The translations under genes were made by a program, and so were the position numbers. Below are positions 39,460 to 52,984 of a stretch of 64,000 nt of DNA, piece by piece (position 1 is the first letter of the stretch; each line of letters begins with the position of its first letter). Below the pieces are notes generated by a model. The model was given only the letters and a program-made list of their open reading frames with translations, was not told the origin of the DNA and searched no databases. Source of the DNA: Leucoraja ocellata (lineage: Eukaryota); NCBI GenBank assembly GCA_036785375.1, contig JAWMAR010000040.1:10602001-10666000 (forward strand), given 5' to 3'.

Positions 39460-39845
39460 TTATTTTTCTATGTTTTGATCTCTGTTTCTTCAAGCTGCTT
39501 GCTAAGACCAACCTTTTCGATCAAGCCTTTAGTCATCTTCCTTAACATTTCTTTCTGTGGCTCAGCATCAATATTTTTGGAATAGAACTGGTATGTCAAT
39601 GGTGTTGTAATATTTCAAATTATTGTTATTAATGTACAAGTAGAAATGGTACAGTGCAACAGGACAAATTTAATTGTCCGATGAAGGGTCTCGACCGAAA
39701 CATCACCCATTCCTTCTCTGCAGAGATGCTACATGTCCCGCTGAGTTACTCCAGCTTTTTGTGTCTATCTTTGGTCTAAACTAGCATCTGCAGCTCCTTC
39801 CTACACAACTTTAATTAAATTAACTATTCCGAACTCCTTTATAGA

Positions 39846-39921
39846 AAAGCTTCTACTAACACAAGCCATTATCTTGGGTGTCCAAAGCTTCTACTAACAC
39901 AAGCCATTATCTTGGGTGTCC
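39846..39921. repeat. Perfect 38-bp tandem duplication
   Basis: AAAGCTTCTACTAACACAAGCCATTATCTTGGGTGTCC x2. Confidence 0.9.
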
Positions 39922-41107
39922 GTGTTCACGAGGGGATTCCAGACCTTAAAAGCAAGCCGTGAATGATGAAAGAATTAAAATCAGCGACGCTGGAGTTTTA
40001 AGCATGCACAAGCTTTTAGGTCACTTTGGGATATTGTTTTACTGGAGGGGTTGCAGGAATATGGAATGTGCAGCCAAGAAGGGATTTGGAAGATGGGATC
40101 AAAAATTTAAAATTGAGACATCGCTGGATCAGGAATCACATATATAGGATATATGTGTATATATATGTGAGCTGGATAGGTCACGTGTGATTGCTAAATG
40201 TGAGTTTACCCAAATTAGGATTTGGCAGCAGAATTTGTTACTATGCCTGAATGATTTTGGTTTGCAGAGAATGTAAAACCTACATGCCCGTACTATGACT
40301 TGCATTACTAAACACATGAAAATACTTTGAGCAAAGTTAGAAAACTAAAACAACAACTAGAGCTGGAGACCATTACAAAATAATCTTCAGGACATATCTC
40401 CAAGGCAAGTGGGGCATCGGAATGAACACAAATGTTGAGATTCATTTATTAACTTATGTTGAGATATCATTTATTAACTTGCAGGAATATGCAAGTCTGA
40501 AGAAGGGTTTCGGCACGAAATGTTGCCTATCTCCTTCGCTCCATAGATGCTGCTGCTCCCGCTGAGTTTCTCCAGCATTTTTGTGTACCTTCGATTTTCC
40601 AGCATCTGCAGTTCCTTCTTAAACAAATAATTTATTAACTTATATTTTGATGATCACTTCACTTTTGGACTTTTTGTTACCTTATACTTTTCATAGAATT
40701 GTACATATTAGTGCTCGTGATTAATTAAATATATTGTGTAGATTTCAAAAGTCGCAGTTCAAGCATGATTATCATATTTTTTTCTTTACCAGCACCATTG
40801 ATTTAATAATTGTTGTTTTACAAGCAGAGTACCAGAATTTATTTTGCTATCTGTTTCTTTAGTAATTCATCTGAGCATCAAATATGTTCATAGGTTCAAA
40901 AGTCATGGGTGCAGAATTAGACCATTCAACCCAACGAGTCTACTCTACCTTTCAATCATAGCTGATCTATCCCTCTCAACCCCATTCTCCTCCCCATATC
41001 CCTTGGAATGCAGCATTCAAGGCACTAACGCAAATAAATAGTGAAGGTAACCTTATGGAATTGTTCAAGATCAAATAATATTTAAATATAATTTAAACAT
41101 AGGTTCC

Positions 41108-41768
41108 CATTGGTAATAAAGAAAGCAAACTCAATGCTTGCATTTATTTCAAGAGGGCTTGTATACAAAAACAGGGATGTAATGTTGAGGCTCTATAAGG
41201 CGCTGGTAAGGCTGCATTTGGTATTTTGTGAGCAATTTTGGGCACCATATCTGAGGAAGGACGTGCTGACTCTTGAGAGGGTTCAGAGGAGGTTTACACG
41301 AATGATCCCAGGAATGAGTAGGTTAACCTATGATGAGCGTTTGTCGGCACTGGGACTGGACTCGCTGGAGTTTAGAAGAATGAGGGGGGACCTAATTGGA
41401 ACATACAGAATAGTGAAAGGGTTGGATAGAGTGGATGTGGAGAGGATGTTTCCATGACTGGGAGAGTCTAGGACTAGAGGTCATAGCCTCAGAATTAAAG
41501 GGCATTCTTTTAGGAAGGAGATGAGAAATGTATTTAGTCAGAGGGTGGTGAATCTGTGGAATTCTTTGTCACAGAAGGCTGTGGATGTCAAGTCTGTGGA
41601 TATTTGTAAGGCAGAGATAAATAGATTCTTGATTAGTACAGGTGTCAGAGGTTATGGGGAGAAGGCAGGAGAATGGGGTTGGGAGGGAGAGATAGATCAG
41701 CCATGATTGAATGACAGAATAGACTTGATGGGCCAAATGGCCTAATTCTACTCCTGTTCCTTATGACC
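41108..41768 (+). mobile_element. CR1 3' fragment abutting the RAG2 3' end
   Basis: KKANSMLAFISRG...LERVQRRFTRMIPG...FRRMRGDLI. Confidence 0.9.
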
Positions 41769-42116
41769 CATTACACAACAGAGTTTATTGCTTTTCAATG
41801 TGTTGTGTTTTATTGTATTCTGAGAAACTTGTGCAATTTACAATATAATAATAGTCACATTTGACCAAACGGCATCTTTTGTTAAATCAGTTTATTTAAA
41901 CTTTTGTTCAATAAGAAATAATTTCCACCTTGTTATCAGTAAATGACATTAACTAATCCAGAGATGGCCTTTAGCTGCCTGGTTGCTGCATTTATATTCC
42001 ACAAAATAACGACTGATATCTTAATGCAGTAATATGTCTGGAATATGCTAAAAGTCAGAACCCTGTACTGTTTATAATTATCTGCATGCAGTATTTTTGT
42101 TATAAGTTTTACAATT

Positions 42117-43676
42117 TCAATCAAACAGTCTCTTCAGGAAGCTTTTCTTCATTGGTGTCCTTTTCAGTGTTGCTGGTGACTTCTTACGTGGGGTTTTTAT
42201 TGGTGTTCGCTTTATCTGCTTTATCTTTGGTGGAGTTTTAATGCTTCTATCAATAAAGTGTTCATTGCAAAAGTACGTTATGTTCTCCTGAGAAAACTGG
42301 ATTAGCTGTGATTCTGTGAGATTCATGCACTGAGCATGTACCCAGTGTCCATCATCACCTGCATTTGAACAGAAGATCATTGCTGGTTTATTGAGTTCTG
42401 TGGAATAATAGGGCACCCAGATCTTGATATTCATATTGCAGTTGGCACTGCATTTTATCCAATATCCTTCTTCATCACCTTCATTCAAGTTTTCCACATA
42501 TTCAGAGGGATCTGGTTCCACTACAAAGTGAAATTCTTCTGAATCTTCAAATGCACTGCATTCCTCAGGATCAGTAAAGGATTCCTGGCTGGCAGACATT
42601 TGGCTCTCCTCTTTTGGCTGTCCAAAATTTGCTATATAGAAGTAGTTTGCTTCTGATGTATCCTGTTTTGTATTTCCAGGAATTCCTATTAACACTGCAC
42701 CACTTCCCATATCGCTGCCAAACCAGGTTTTGCTTGTGTTTATATCACTAGTCCATATTGGGGGATCTTTATCCAATATCTGAATGCTATCATCCTCCAA
42801 AACGATGGTGTTACAAATGATTCGCTTCTTGCTCTCAGATTCATAGCCGCCAACAATGATGAATTCATCTTTGCCGGCTTGGGTCACTATTGCACTTGAT
42901 ACAGAGATACCACCGTTCAGTACTGTACATTTAACACTGGGATGGATGCCTGAAAGATCTACTTTTAGACTAAGCAATCTTTCAGGGCGATGATTGTCTT
43001 TGATGGAGTGGCCACCTAATATATAGATGGTGTCAATTTTTGAAACAGCAACATGGAATGAAAATCCTTCTTCTATTTCTGGTAGCATGTGGGATGTGCA
43101 ATGGCCGGTGTTCATATCAATCAGAAAAACCTCAGGCAAACAATCAACTAAGCTGTTCCAGTTTTCTGTGGTTCTTTGCCCAGGAGGCTGGTAGGATCTA
43201 CCCCCAAACAAGACACATATAGTTTGTCCCTTGCTCTGAATCACATTGATGGTGTGGCCATATCTTCCTGTGGGGACATCTCCTTTTAGATTTTTTTCAC
43301 TGCAACAAAGAGATGTTCTCTTTTTGGCAGTATTGTCATAAACCCTCATGACGTAAAGTGAATTAGGGACTTCACTATTCGGAGTTCTCCCACCGTGAAT
43401 GATATAATAAAGGCTTCCTGTTTCTGAGGGATCCGAGTAATGAGTTATTGCAGGCCGGCGCAGCGGTGGAAGGTAGCATGATTCCGATGAAAATGAAACG
43501 GGTTTAAGTTTCAGTAGATGGTCCTTGAGATGAAGAAGAAAAATGCCTGTGCTGCAGGATCGTTTAGGCCACCCTTTTTGCCCAAAAAGAAAGACTTCAC
43601 CATGAAAATTGAGTAAGGAGAATCCTGGCTGTATTAGGTTGGTACTGCTGTTCACTGAAACCATTTGCAGGGACAT
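42117..43676 (-). CDS. RAG2: V(D)J recombination-activating protein 2 (519 aa from MSLQMV)
   Basis: MSLQMVSV..QPGFSL..FGQKGWPKRSC, kelch repeats, acidic hinge, PHD (GYWIKC..C..PAMIFC..GHWVHAQC..YFCNEH), KKSFLKRLFD*; acceptor tttcaaag| gives exon start 43701, so the 43727 ATG of the ORF track is intronic. Confidence 0.99.
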   Translation of the reverse strand: MSLQMVSVNSSTNLIQPGFSLLNFHGEVFLFGQKGWPKRSCSTGIFLLHLKDHLLKLKPVSFSSESCYLPPLRRPAITHYSDPSETGSLYYIIHGGRTPNSEVPNSLYVMRVYDNTAKKRTSLCCSEKNLKGDVPTGRYGHTINVIQSKGQTICVLFGGRSYQPPGQRTTENWNSLVDCLPEVFLIDMNTGHCTSHMLPEIEEGFSFHVAVSKIDTIYILGGHSIKDNHRPERLLSLKVDLSGIHPSVKCTVLNGGISVSSAIVTQAGKDEFIIVGGYESESKKRIICNTIVLEDDSIQILDKDPPIWTSDINTSKTWFGSDMGSGAVLIGIPGNTKQDTSEANYFYIANFGQPKEESQMSASQESFTDPEECSAFEDSEEFHFVVEPDPSEYVENLNEGDEEGYWIKCSANCNMNIKIWVPYYSTELNKPAMIFCSNAGDDGHWVHAQCMNLTESQLIQFSQENITYFCNEHFIDRSIKTPPKIKQIKRTPIKTPRKKSPATLKRTPMKKSFLKRLFD

Positions 43677-44689
43677 TATTGCAGTCGATAGCTGGCTGGA
43701 CCTTTGAAAGGAAACTGAATGTAACATTATGTTAGAAATGAAAAGAAAATCAAGACATATATTTTATTACAGACTATGATGATGTAAAACTGACCATTCT
43801 ACAAGGCAATTTGCATAGTTGCTGCCATTTAGCATTATTTTAATGATAAGCCAATGATTAAGAAAACATGTTTTTAAACGGAATTATTTGGGGATCAGCT
43901 TTCCTCATGGTTTATTGATGAAAGCGTTATATTCATTAACTTAAAGAAAAATTAACCGGCAAATTATTATTGCATCTCACATTGATACAGTAATTCAGTG
44001 TCAATAAATCTTCATTCAGTCAACTGTACGTTTTTGGAATTCTAGTTCAGGATACTTTTTTCTGTTTTTCAGTATTTGTTCTTTATTTGTAACATTGATG
44101 GGAAAAGATGCAAAAGAATTTTCAATCTTTCGAGAGCAGTATTGGTTGCATGTGCTTCAGATGGAGATTATGACCTCAAAATTATGGTAGCAGTGAAGGC
44201 TGGAATAGGTAGGTGAAGATCATTGCTAGGCATTCCCAAATATGTTCCTGAATTATAAAAAGCAGCTCTCAGGTAGGTCCTCGGAGGGGAGTAATGAGTG
44301 ATGATCAAAGGAACAAATTGATTGTGGGATGGTTTGTAAAATAAATATTTGTGAAGGCTGGATAAACTAATTAGGAGAAAAGGTTAAGTGGCGTCTGGCC
44401 TTAATCTACAGTTATCACTTTGTCTTAACGTGGAGCCAATTGGAGCTGAATATTTATATTTATGTTTAGTTTAGAGATACATAATGGAAACAGGAGGCAA
44501 TATGCAAGAAATACTCCATAAGCCAGATGGCACTTCTGGTGAACGTTCAAAGTCGACTTCCAGCGGTTTCTATTCTTATTATTTTATTTAAATTGGTTTG
44601 AATGCAAATACAAATATTGGGATTTAAAAAATGATCTATGTTTTTCCCGCTCTTCCTTACATTTGTTTAAGGAACTAAGTTGAAGGTTT

Positions 44690-44990
44690 ATTTTCCCAGG
44701 CGGACCCAATTCAAATGTACGTGGGCGCCGCGGTACCTGGTGGGAATTGTAGTTTAATTTTGGGCACAATGGACTCCATCTCCCGGCGGGCACCGCTTCA
44801 CGGCGCGGCGTTGCCAGGGCCACGGGATGGGAGAGCGACGCCGAGATTGTCGGGCGAGTGAGTAAAGACCTGGCTGAAGTGAAGTGGCGGCTCTAAAGTT
44901 GGCCATCGCCTCTTTTGTAATGCTTAAACTGACGTTTGATCTCCCCCACCCCAATAAACGCAGTGGTTGATTTTCTGGCGCAGCCCAGCC
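44690..44990. promoter_or_regulatory. IFTAP: CpG-island bidirectional promoter of IFTAP/NWC within the RAG2 intron; putative IFTAP non-coding exon 1 ending at 44857 (+)
   Basis: Only non-repeat CpG-dense island in the window; divergent ZNF143/SBS motifs at 44730-44753 (-) and 44773-44796 (+); donor GA|gtgagt at 44857/8. Gene identity inferred from conserved position only. Confidence 0.7.
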
Positions 44991-45964
44991 TCTTGCAGTG
45001 TTAAATCTACCAGGGGTTTAGTGAGTGAACCGTGGCCTATGATAATGATGCTCTTCATCATTTACCTCTCCTCGTCCACTCCAGACCCACAAACACACAC
45101 ACTGACCCACCGAAAGTACCAGTGGCCTGTAGCGATAGCATGCACACTCTGTCCGGGGGGATGGGATTACAACAAAACGCACGACATCTTACATCTTGGT
45201 TCGCAGAAACTGTGGGTTTTCTATGGGCTTCAACTGGCCACTCAATGATTCAATGAAACCGATCTGCCAGATTATGTTTTCATTGTTTTGAACTAATTAT
45301 CTATTTGACTTATATCCCATGTTATTTCCCTGTACTCTTTTAGCCCAAATATGTATATTTATACATCCATATTTCCCTACAATCCTTATCTTGTACCCAT
45401 CATCATTGATCTGTACACTGTGGATAGCTTGATTGTAATCATGTATAGACTTTTCCTTGACTGTATTGCATGCAAACAAAAATATTTCACTGTACCTCGG
45501 TACATAGAAAACGATAAACAAAACTAAGCTAAACTTATCACCCAATAGGCTTTTGAAATCTGTAACACTGTATTTGCATTATTAATATACTTATTTTTCA
45601 CACCATTTTCTTGCAGTTGTCAGATATCTTTGCCCTTTGAGGTTTAGGATTATTTCCTTGCTTCACTGCCAGTAAAAAATTACACCATAATCTTCGAGGG
45701 AATGTCGATGTTATTTAATTTGTTAATCCATGTCCTTATGAAAATGTATGTCAGGGATGCTCCTGGCATTTGGACGGTGATTAAAACATGGTATTTTTCT
45801 CAGGAAACGTGCCAACAACGTGCACTAAATCTTTATATTACAGCTTCAATTTGTAAGCATGGTGTAGAAGGCAATATGTCTGAAAAAGTGATTTCCTGTA
45901 GTATGAATCTAAATTCTTTGCGCAGTAAATGGGAGGGCATTGGAGAAGCATGAGACCTAGAAGT

Positions 45965-46480
45965 ACTGGTACATAATCCCTGAAAGTGGTGACTCAGGTA
46001 GACAGGATGGTGAAGAAAGTATTTGGCACATTTGCCTTTGCATATTGAGGGAGTACAGGAGTTGCAACTATAGAAGCCATTGGTGAGACTGCACTTGGCG
46101 TATTAGGCACAGTTCTGTTCGTCCAACTATAAATGGCTACTACAGGAACAATGTAATTAAGCTGGAAAGGGTGCAAAATATATTCACAAGGATGTTACTG
46201 ACATGGTGCCTAGGAGGCTGAGGAATTACTTTATTGAGGTTTATAAAATCATGAGGGGCATAGATAAGGTGGATGGTAGGGGAGTCTAAAGTTAGAGGGC
46301 AGTGATAAAGAGAGAAAGAAAGTATTTTAAAAGGACATGAGGGCAACGTTCTCCACACAGAGGACAGTAAGTACAGGTATACGGTATGAGCTGCCAGGGC
46401 AAGCTTTCGATGCAGATGCAATTACAAAGATTAAAATAATTTGGATGGGTATCTGGATAGAAAAGATTTAGAGGGATAGA
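45965..46480 (+). mobile_element. Degenerate CR1 3' fragment
   Basis: QVDRMVKKVFGTFAF, LIEVYKIMRGIDKVD. Confidence 0.75.
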
Positions 46481-49400
46481 AGCTAAAATCATTGCAGCTA
46501 TAATGATGTGAAGATGTTTTAATTTAAATTTCAATCTTTGGCATTTTGTCCTGTGGCTTTGGATGGGGGTTTCTGTCTTAATTGTGTCTATCTTGTTTAA
46601 CATCAAAACGTGAATCCACATAATCAGAAATATTGAAATTTATTTTGTCATTTTTATGGTTAATGATAAATGAGGGAAATTTATTATCAATTTTATCCAT
46701 TTAAAATGTTGTTCTTACTTTGATGTTAAAATATAATTTGACATTTAATCTTAACATTATTTATGCTTAGCATAGACAATACTTAAATTAATACAGTAAT
46801 TAATTTGGCTTCTAGTTACAAAGAATTTGGTTACTTTTCAAAAAAAAAATCAGCATCTTTGTTTTATTTTACAGAAAACCAACTGCTATTTAGTCTTTGT
46901 TAACTGTAGTGATACAAGCCATGTTAGTTTTGGGAACTATCTACCAATTCTTGCCCCATTTTGCTTTCATGTAGATTTGAATTAATGAACAGGTTGTCCA
47001 TTAGTCCTTTGTACCCTTCATATTTTACAATTCTTTGTATATTTGAGATGGACAAGATGACAAGGGGCCAGGGTGAGAAGGAAAGTTAATTTTTGTTAGT
47101 GGACTGGTCAGGGAATTTGTCAAAGGATTAGAAATGAATTGAGGAAAGATTTTCCATTCAAAGAATTGTGACAAAAACTTAAAACGCATTTTAAAACATT
47201 ATCTGGTGGAGCACACAAAGCGCCTCAATTTGCAAAATTACAGATTAAATTGGAAAATTAGATTAAATTAATTATCTCTTTTGTGGCTGGCCTGCACACA
47301 TTGAGTTGATCTGTTAATTTATGTGTTTCAATGAACAATTACTACATTGTCCAAGGGGTACTCCAGATCACTAGGTGTAAGTAACTTCTGGACTTCATAA
47401 CAGGAATGTGAAAAGCCTTGCACAAATGCAATTTATTCTTTTCATATTTTCTCTGTTTCTTCTTTACCAGATGTATTTCAAGATAACTTTGCTTTTTATC
47501 AATAACACGATAATTAGGAATTACAGAATTTCATTTTACTTTTCCAATTTTGCACTTTCTTTCAATGAAACTACAATTGGTCCGTTAACTGAATTGGTTA
47601 TTACAGTATAATCTGTTGTGTTTTAGCATATAGACTTCCATTGTCCTTAGACATAGTTATATTAGAATTCTCAGCTACCATTGCCTACAGAAGGAAGTTA
47701 CATTTTCACCACAATTATTATGATAATTATTAGAATGGTCTAATTTTCTTTTCAGTTTATTGCTTAGCAGATGTAATATAATGTTAGCACTGCCAATTAA
47801 CCTTATAACCACTGGATACACTTAATTAATACATGTTAAAACAATTGTAGTAAGTTGACTACAAGTTTGGCTCTTTTTTATTACGCTGGGTATCACTTGA
47901 CACCTTTTCTAAACTTTAAGTGGTTGTATTGTCCATATAAGACAGCTGTTAGTTAGATCAACTACTGTGACAATAGTTGTTGTCACAATAATTGTTCTAC
48001 TGCCTATCATTTGAGCATAATACCAAAACAAAATTACCTGTAAAGTGCAAGAAGTTGAAGAGACTGGAAATGCTTGCTGTAGTCGCAGAACACTTGGTAA
48101 ATATGTAGTATGCAGGCAATGTAGGATATTTCTGAGAGCGTTTACAGCTGGTGCAGATGATACCAAGCACTTCCTTGATGAGATCAAATGCCGGTGCACA
48201 GCAGATGCATCAATGATGTGGTGTGTTTCAAATATGCAAGATAATAAATGTTTAGGTGTACATTACTATATGACTAATATCTTGTATATAATAAGTATAT
48301 AAATAATAACATGTTATCTCCTGCATGTTTATTCTGCAAAGTAAATTCCATTTTTAACTCTTAATGTTAAATCTCATTCTGAATTAAACAATGGGCTTTG
48401 ATGTTCTATATGTTTGGACCCATAACATCAGCACAATCTAAACAATTTGTTAAATCAGCATGGACCAATTGATGAACTTTAAATAGGAATAACAACCATA
48501 AATGTTTATACTGGTTTAAGCTTAAATCTGCCCACTTTAGGTATCACCCACAACAATAGTCTTGACCCCTTCAAGGATTGTTCTTGTTCTGGTTTATCAG
48601 TCTATATCAAGAGAAAACATATTTTAAAGCTTATTTTAGTTTTAGAGGAATGCCTTATTAAATAATGCTTATATTTGGTAATAAAGCAGATTTGAGCAGA
48701 ATTCTGCTCCATGCTACCACTGCTGAAAAGATCAGGGAATACATTTTCTGGAAATAAAATGCTGCATACTTGTGCTGGGATTTCTGATTATGCAATTTAA
48801 TTAATAATTATTTGAATTGGAAGGTAGATTGTACAGTTGGGAATAAATTGGGGACCAGTTTTTTGATTATGGCACAGATGAATATGCCAATTTAAAATGA
48901 TTTTTGCAAAATATTTCCAATTATGTTTACAGCAAACACTGCTAGTATGCTACTGATTTTAGTATTCCAAGTAACAAATTTATTGTGGGTGATTCTCCCA
49001 GAATTGAACCGAAGAAATTATTGGGGGGATAGTCTACATTCAAGACCTAATTCTTGAAGAATTTTATGTGTCATAAACATCACTTGGGCTGTCCTAAGCA
49101 AGTTCTGCCTGAGTAATTCATTAAACAAAACCAGCTTATGTCTCACCCCCAACCTTAGCCAGGGCTTTGATCTTTTAAAAACATCTTGAATGTCTTTAAC
49201 ACAGTTTGTTATATTGAACTTCATGATGAATCATAATGGAACACAACCAATGGTCCAGAAGCAAATTGTTGATGGCACCTTTGGATTTCCACTTTTTCAC
49301 ATGATTTGTGTCAGTCCTGACATTCCTCTCAGTTAAGCAAAATAATGATGTCAAATACTGATGATTTTGCTGTCATAATCCTTAACATTGAGGTCATGTT

Positions 49401-50184
49401 TTAAATGACATAAATGTGCAGTAATCATTTTTACTATGCTTAGCATAAATCTTTTCCTCTTGATTAGTATTATAGACCTATAAGGGCACCCAGTTTTAAT
49501 TTGTTCAGGTAGGAACAGGTGAAATTTTGAAGAAGGAATGATGTGTGATTGACTTTGTAAAACACTTTTACTGAGGCCTTGCTCCGTTTTTACCGTTTGG
49601 ATTATTGTTCTGCAACCCACCATTGTTCAAAGCTTTTGTAGTATTGTGAGTATCAGTTAATAGGTGCACTGTGGTTAATTATAATGGAATACTTAAACTA
49701 TAGAATTCTTTCTCGACCAATCCTAAATTAGTATTTGCATGAGATCTAATGTGGATTCTTATAAAATTATCAAACATTTGGATTAGAAAATATAAATAGC
49801 TATGGAGGAGGCTGCATGAGCCATGAGCAGCATGAGCCCTCATTCTCTGCCATTCCATAAGATTATGGCTTATCTGCTTGTCAGCCACAACTCCACCTTC
49901 CTGTTTCATATCCCATGTGGTTAATAATACATCCATCTCAAACTGTGAATGTACTTAATAACTCAGTGTTCACAGTTCTCTGAGCTAAAGAATTGCAAAG
50001 ACTTTAAGTTGTTGAAATTCTGTCTCATTTTAATCCTAAACAGGTTTCCCATTATCCTGAGAATTATGAGCCGAACTCTCTAACTCTAGATTCCCTCTGT
50101 AGGGAAATCGACTATTCACCCTGTCATCCATCTCTACCACCCCTCCTCCTGGATTCCTATAATTCTATTATAAGGAAAAGGTAA

Positions 50185-50850
50185 AAATAATCATAATCAT
50201 ACTTTATTAGCCAAGTATGTTTTGCAACATACGAGGAATGTGATTTGCCATACTGTCAGACCATTAAAAGCAACAAAACACACAAAATACATTTTAACAT
50301 AAACATCCACCACAGTGACTCCTGCACATTCCTTACTGTGATGGAAGGTGAAAAAAAGTTCAATCTCTTCCCTTCTTTGTTCTCCCGTGGTCAGGGGCCT
50401 CAAGCCTTCCATTGACGGGACGATCTTGGCTCCCGTAGCCAACGGTGTTCAGGCCCTCCTAGTTCGGGACGATCAAGCTCCCGCATCGGGGGGGATGTCA
50501 GCACCGCCGCGCCAGGCGATCTGACCCTGGGTCGGAGCTGGTCGAACCTTCTGCGTCATATGAAGCTTCCCAACATCCGTCTCTACCCGAGACTGCGAGC
50601 TTGTCGATGGTGAAATCCGCATGCCGCGGTTGGAGCGTCGATCCCAGGTAAGGGGTCGGCTCCGATAGTCGGACCAATTAAGAGATTGAAAAAAAAGTTT
50701 CCCCCGATCCCCTCCCCCACTCTCCACATAAAACAAACCAGAGAACATGAAGACAAACTTTAAAAACACACTAAAAATACAAAAAATAGACAAAAAGACA
50801 GACAGACTAGACAGTTGGTGAGGCTGCCATCGTGCGGTCCCCCCTGGTGG
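50185..50850 (-). repeat. GC-rich interspersed repeat (related copy about 62515-63150, +)
   Basis: Shared layout of a gatggcagcct-like 5' end, T-rich tract, G-run and GC-rich body; class unresolved. Confidence 0.5.
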
Positions 50851-51004
50851 ATTAGTTGTTTTCTGTTTAGTGATGGAAAATAGGACAGCATACCTGTAAG
50901 ATCTTCACCCTACGTTGCATGTTGTCATGTTTTTCTGAGAATCCTGTATGTTAATAAAAACAGTAAACTAGCATGACAGAGGAGAAGCCGGCCAAATGTC
51001 ACAT

Positions 51005-52390
51005 AAAACAATTCAGCACAGGAACGGGCACTTTGGCCCACAATATTCGTGCCGAATATGATGTTGGTTAAAGTGATGTCAACTGCCTCTACATTACCTG
51101 CCATTTCCTTCTATTCCCTGCACTTCCATCTGCCTATCTAAAGGCCTCTTAAACGCTACTATCATATCTGCTTCCACAACCACCTCTGGCAAAGCATTCT
51201 AGGCCCTCACTACTCTCTGTGTAAAAAAAAAAGAAAAAAAATTACCATCGAACTTTCCCCCTCTCACCTTATACCTATGCCCTCTAACATTGGCCATTTC
51301 CATCTTCGGGAAAAAGTTTCTGACTGTCTCCCCTATCTATCCCTCTCATAATTTTACTTCCATCAAATCTTCCCTCAACCTCCAACGTTCCAGACTCATG
51401 ACTTCCTGACTCATATTAAATGCCCTTAGCAATGAAGGCAAGCATAGCTTACACAATTTCTACCACCCCATTCACTTGTGCTGCCACCTTTAGTGAGCTA
51501 TGAACTTGCTCCCAAGATCCCACTGTGCATCAATGTTAAAGGTTTTGCCATTAATTGCACACTCTCTCTTTACATTCAACCTCCCAAAGTACAACACCTC
51601 ACACTTGCTCGATGTAAACTCCATCTGCCATTTATACGCCCATTTCTGCAGCTTATCTATATCCTGCTGAATATTCTGACAGAATTCCTCAATGTGTGCA
51701 ACTCCTCCAATTTTGGTGTCATCAGCAATCTTATTCACCGACTCATCTACATTTATGTCTGGGTCATTAATGACAAACAGCACTGTGGAACTCCACTAGT
51801 CAAGACCTCCAGCCAGAATATCTACCTTCCACCGCAACCCTCTGTCTTCTATGAATAAGTTATTTCTGAATCCATATGACTAAGTCATCATGAATCCTCC
51901 AAATCTTAATTCTGGATCAGCCTACCATGAGGGATTATCAAATACCATGCTAAAATCCATGTATACAACATGCATCGTCCTACCTTCACCAAACTCCTTC
52001 GATATCTCAAAAAAACTCAATCAAGTTAGTGAGACACCACTTGCCATGTGCAAAGCGTGCTGGCTATCTCTAATTAGCCCATTCTCTTCCAAAGGGGAGT
52101 AAATCCTTTCTCGAATAATTGTCTCCAACATCCAGACGTCCCTATTCAAAACAATCTTAAAACTTGGAGTTGTGATTACTATCTTCCAATTCTTCTTCCA
52201 CTACAACGCCAGTCACCTGACCAGGCTCAGTTCTCAATACCAGGGTCCAGTATGAACCCTCCTTGAGTCGGAATGTTTAAGTCAACCTTCTTGAATACAC
52301 CTGACAAATTCTGCCCCATCTAATCCTCTTGCCCTGAGTAAGTCCCAGTCAATATTGGGGAAGTGAAAGTCATCCACTGCAACAACCCTG
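51005..52390 (-). mobile_element. Decayed CR1 ORF2
   Basis: IADDTKIGG, WQMEF..KCEVLYFG, YMDFS. Confidence 0.85.
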
Positions 52391-52984
52391 TGAGGCTACA
52401 ACCATAATCAGTGAGGTGGGAGGCAGTACTACGTGTGCAATTTCCTTTCACTGCAATCATTTCCACATAGAGGAGAGATGTTTGCAGAAGCCAGCAGAAG
52501 GGTTCCTCATCACTGGAGATTTTATGAGATTCAATGGATTATCTAGGGCAGTCCAAAGGCGTTGAAGCAAGATTGATTTTTCTTTAACGCTCTAATCAAA
52601 TGTTTAGTATTGGATTTTCAGCTATAGGATTCGACCCTAGATTAGGCTTGTGCAAAGAGGGCAGTGATGTTACATCCTGGGTGTGCTGTCAGATGTATTG
52701 ACCCTATTGTGTTATTACAAAGCACAGTTGGGCTGTAGGCACACAGACTGACAAGTCAGTAAGGGGAGTAATTAATTTTTAATTGTTTGGAGGCACTGAG
52801 GATAAAGTTGGAGGGAAGATAGACACAAAAAGCTGGAGTAACTCAGCGGGACAGGCAGCATCTCTGGAGGGAAGGAATGGGTGACGTTTTGTGTCGAGTC
52901 CCTTTTTAAGACTGGTTAGGGATAAGGTAAACATGAGGTATAGACTGTAATGTGGAGAGATAAAGAACAAAAAATTGTGGGGTG

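Noticed and set aside
43677-43727. 17-aa N-terminal extension of RAG2 in the ORF track
   Set aside because: The upstream ATG lies in the intron before the acceptor at 43702/43701; the conserved start is MSLQMV.
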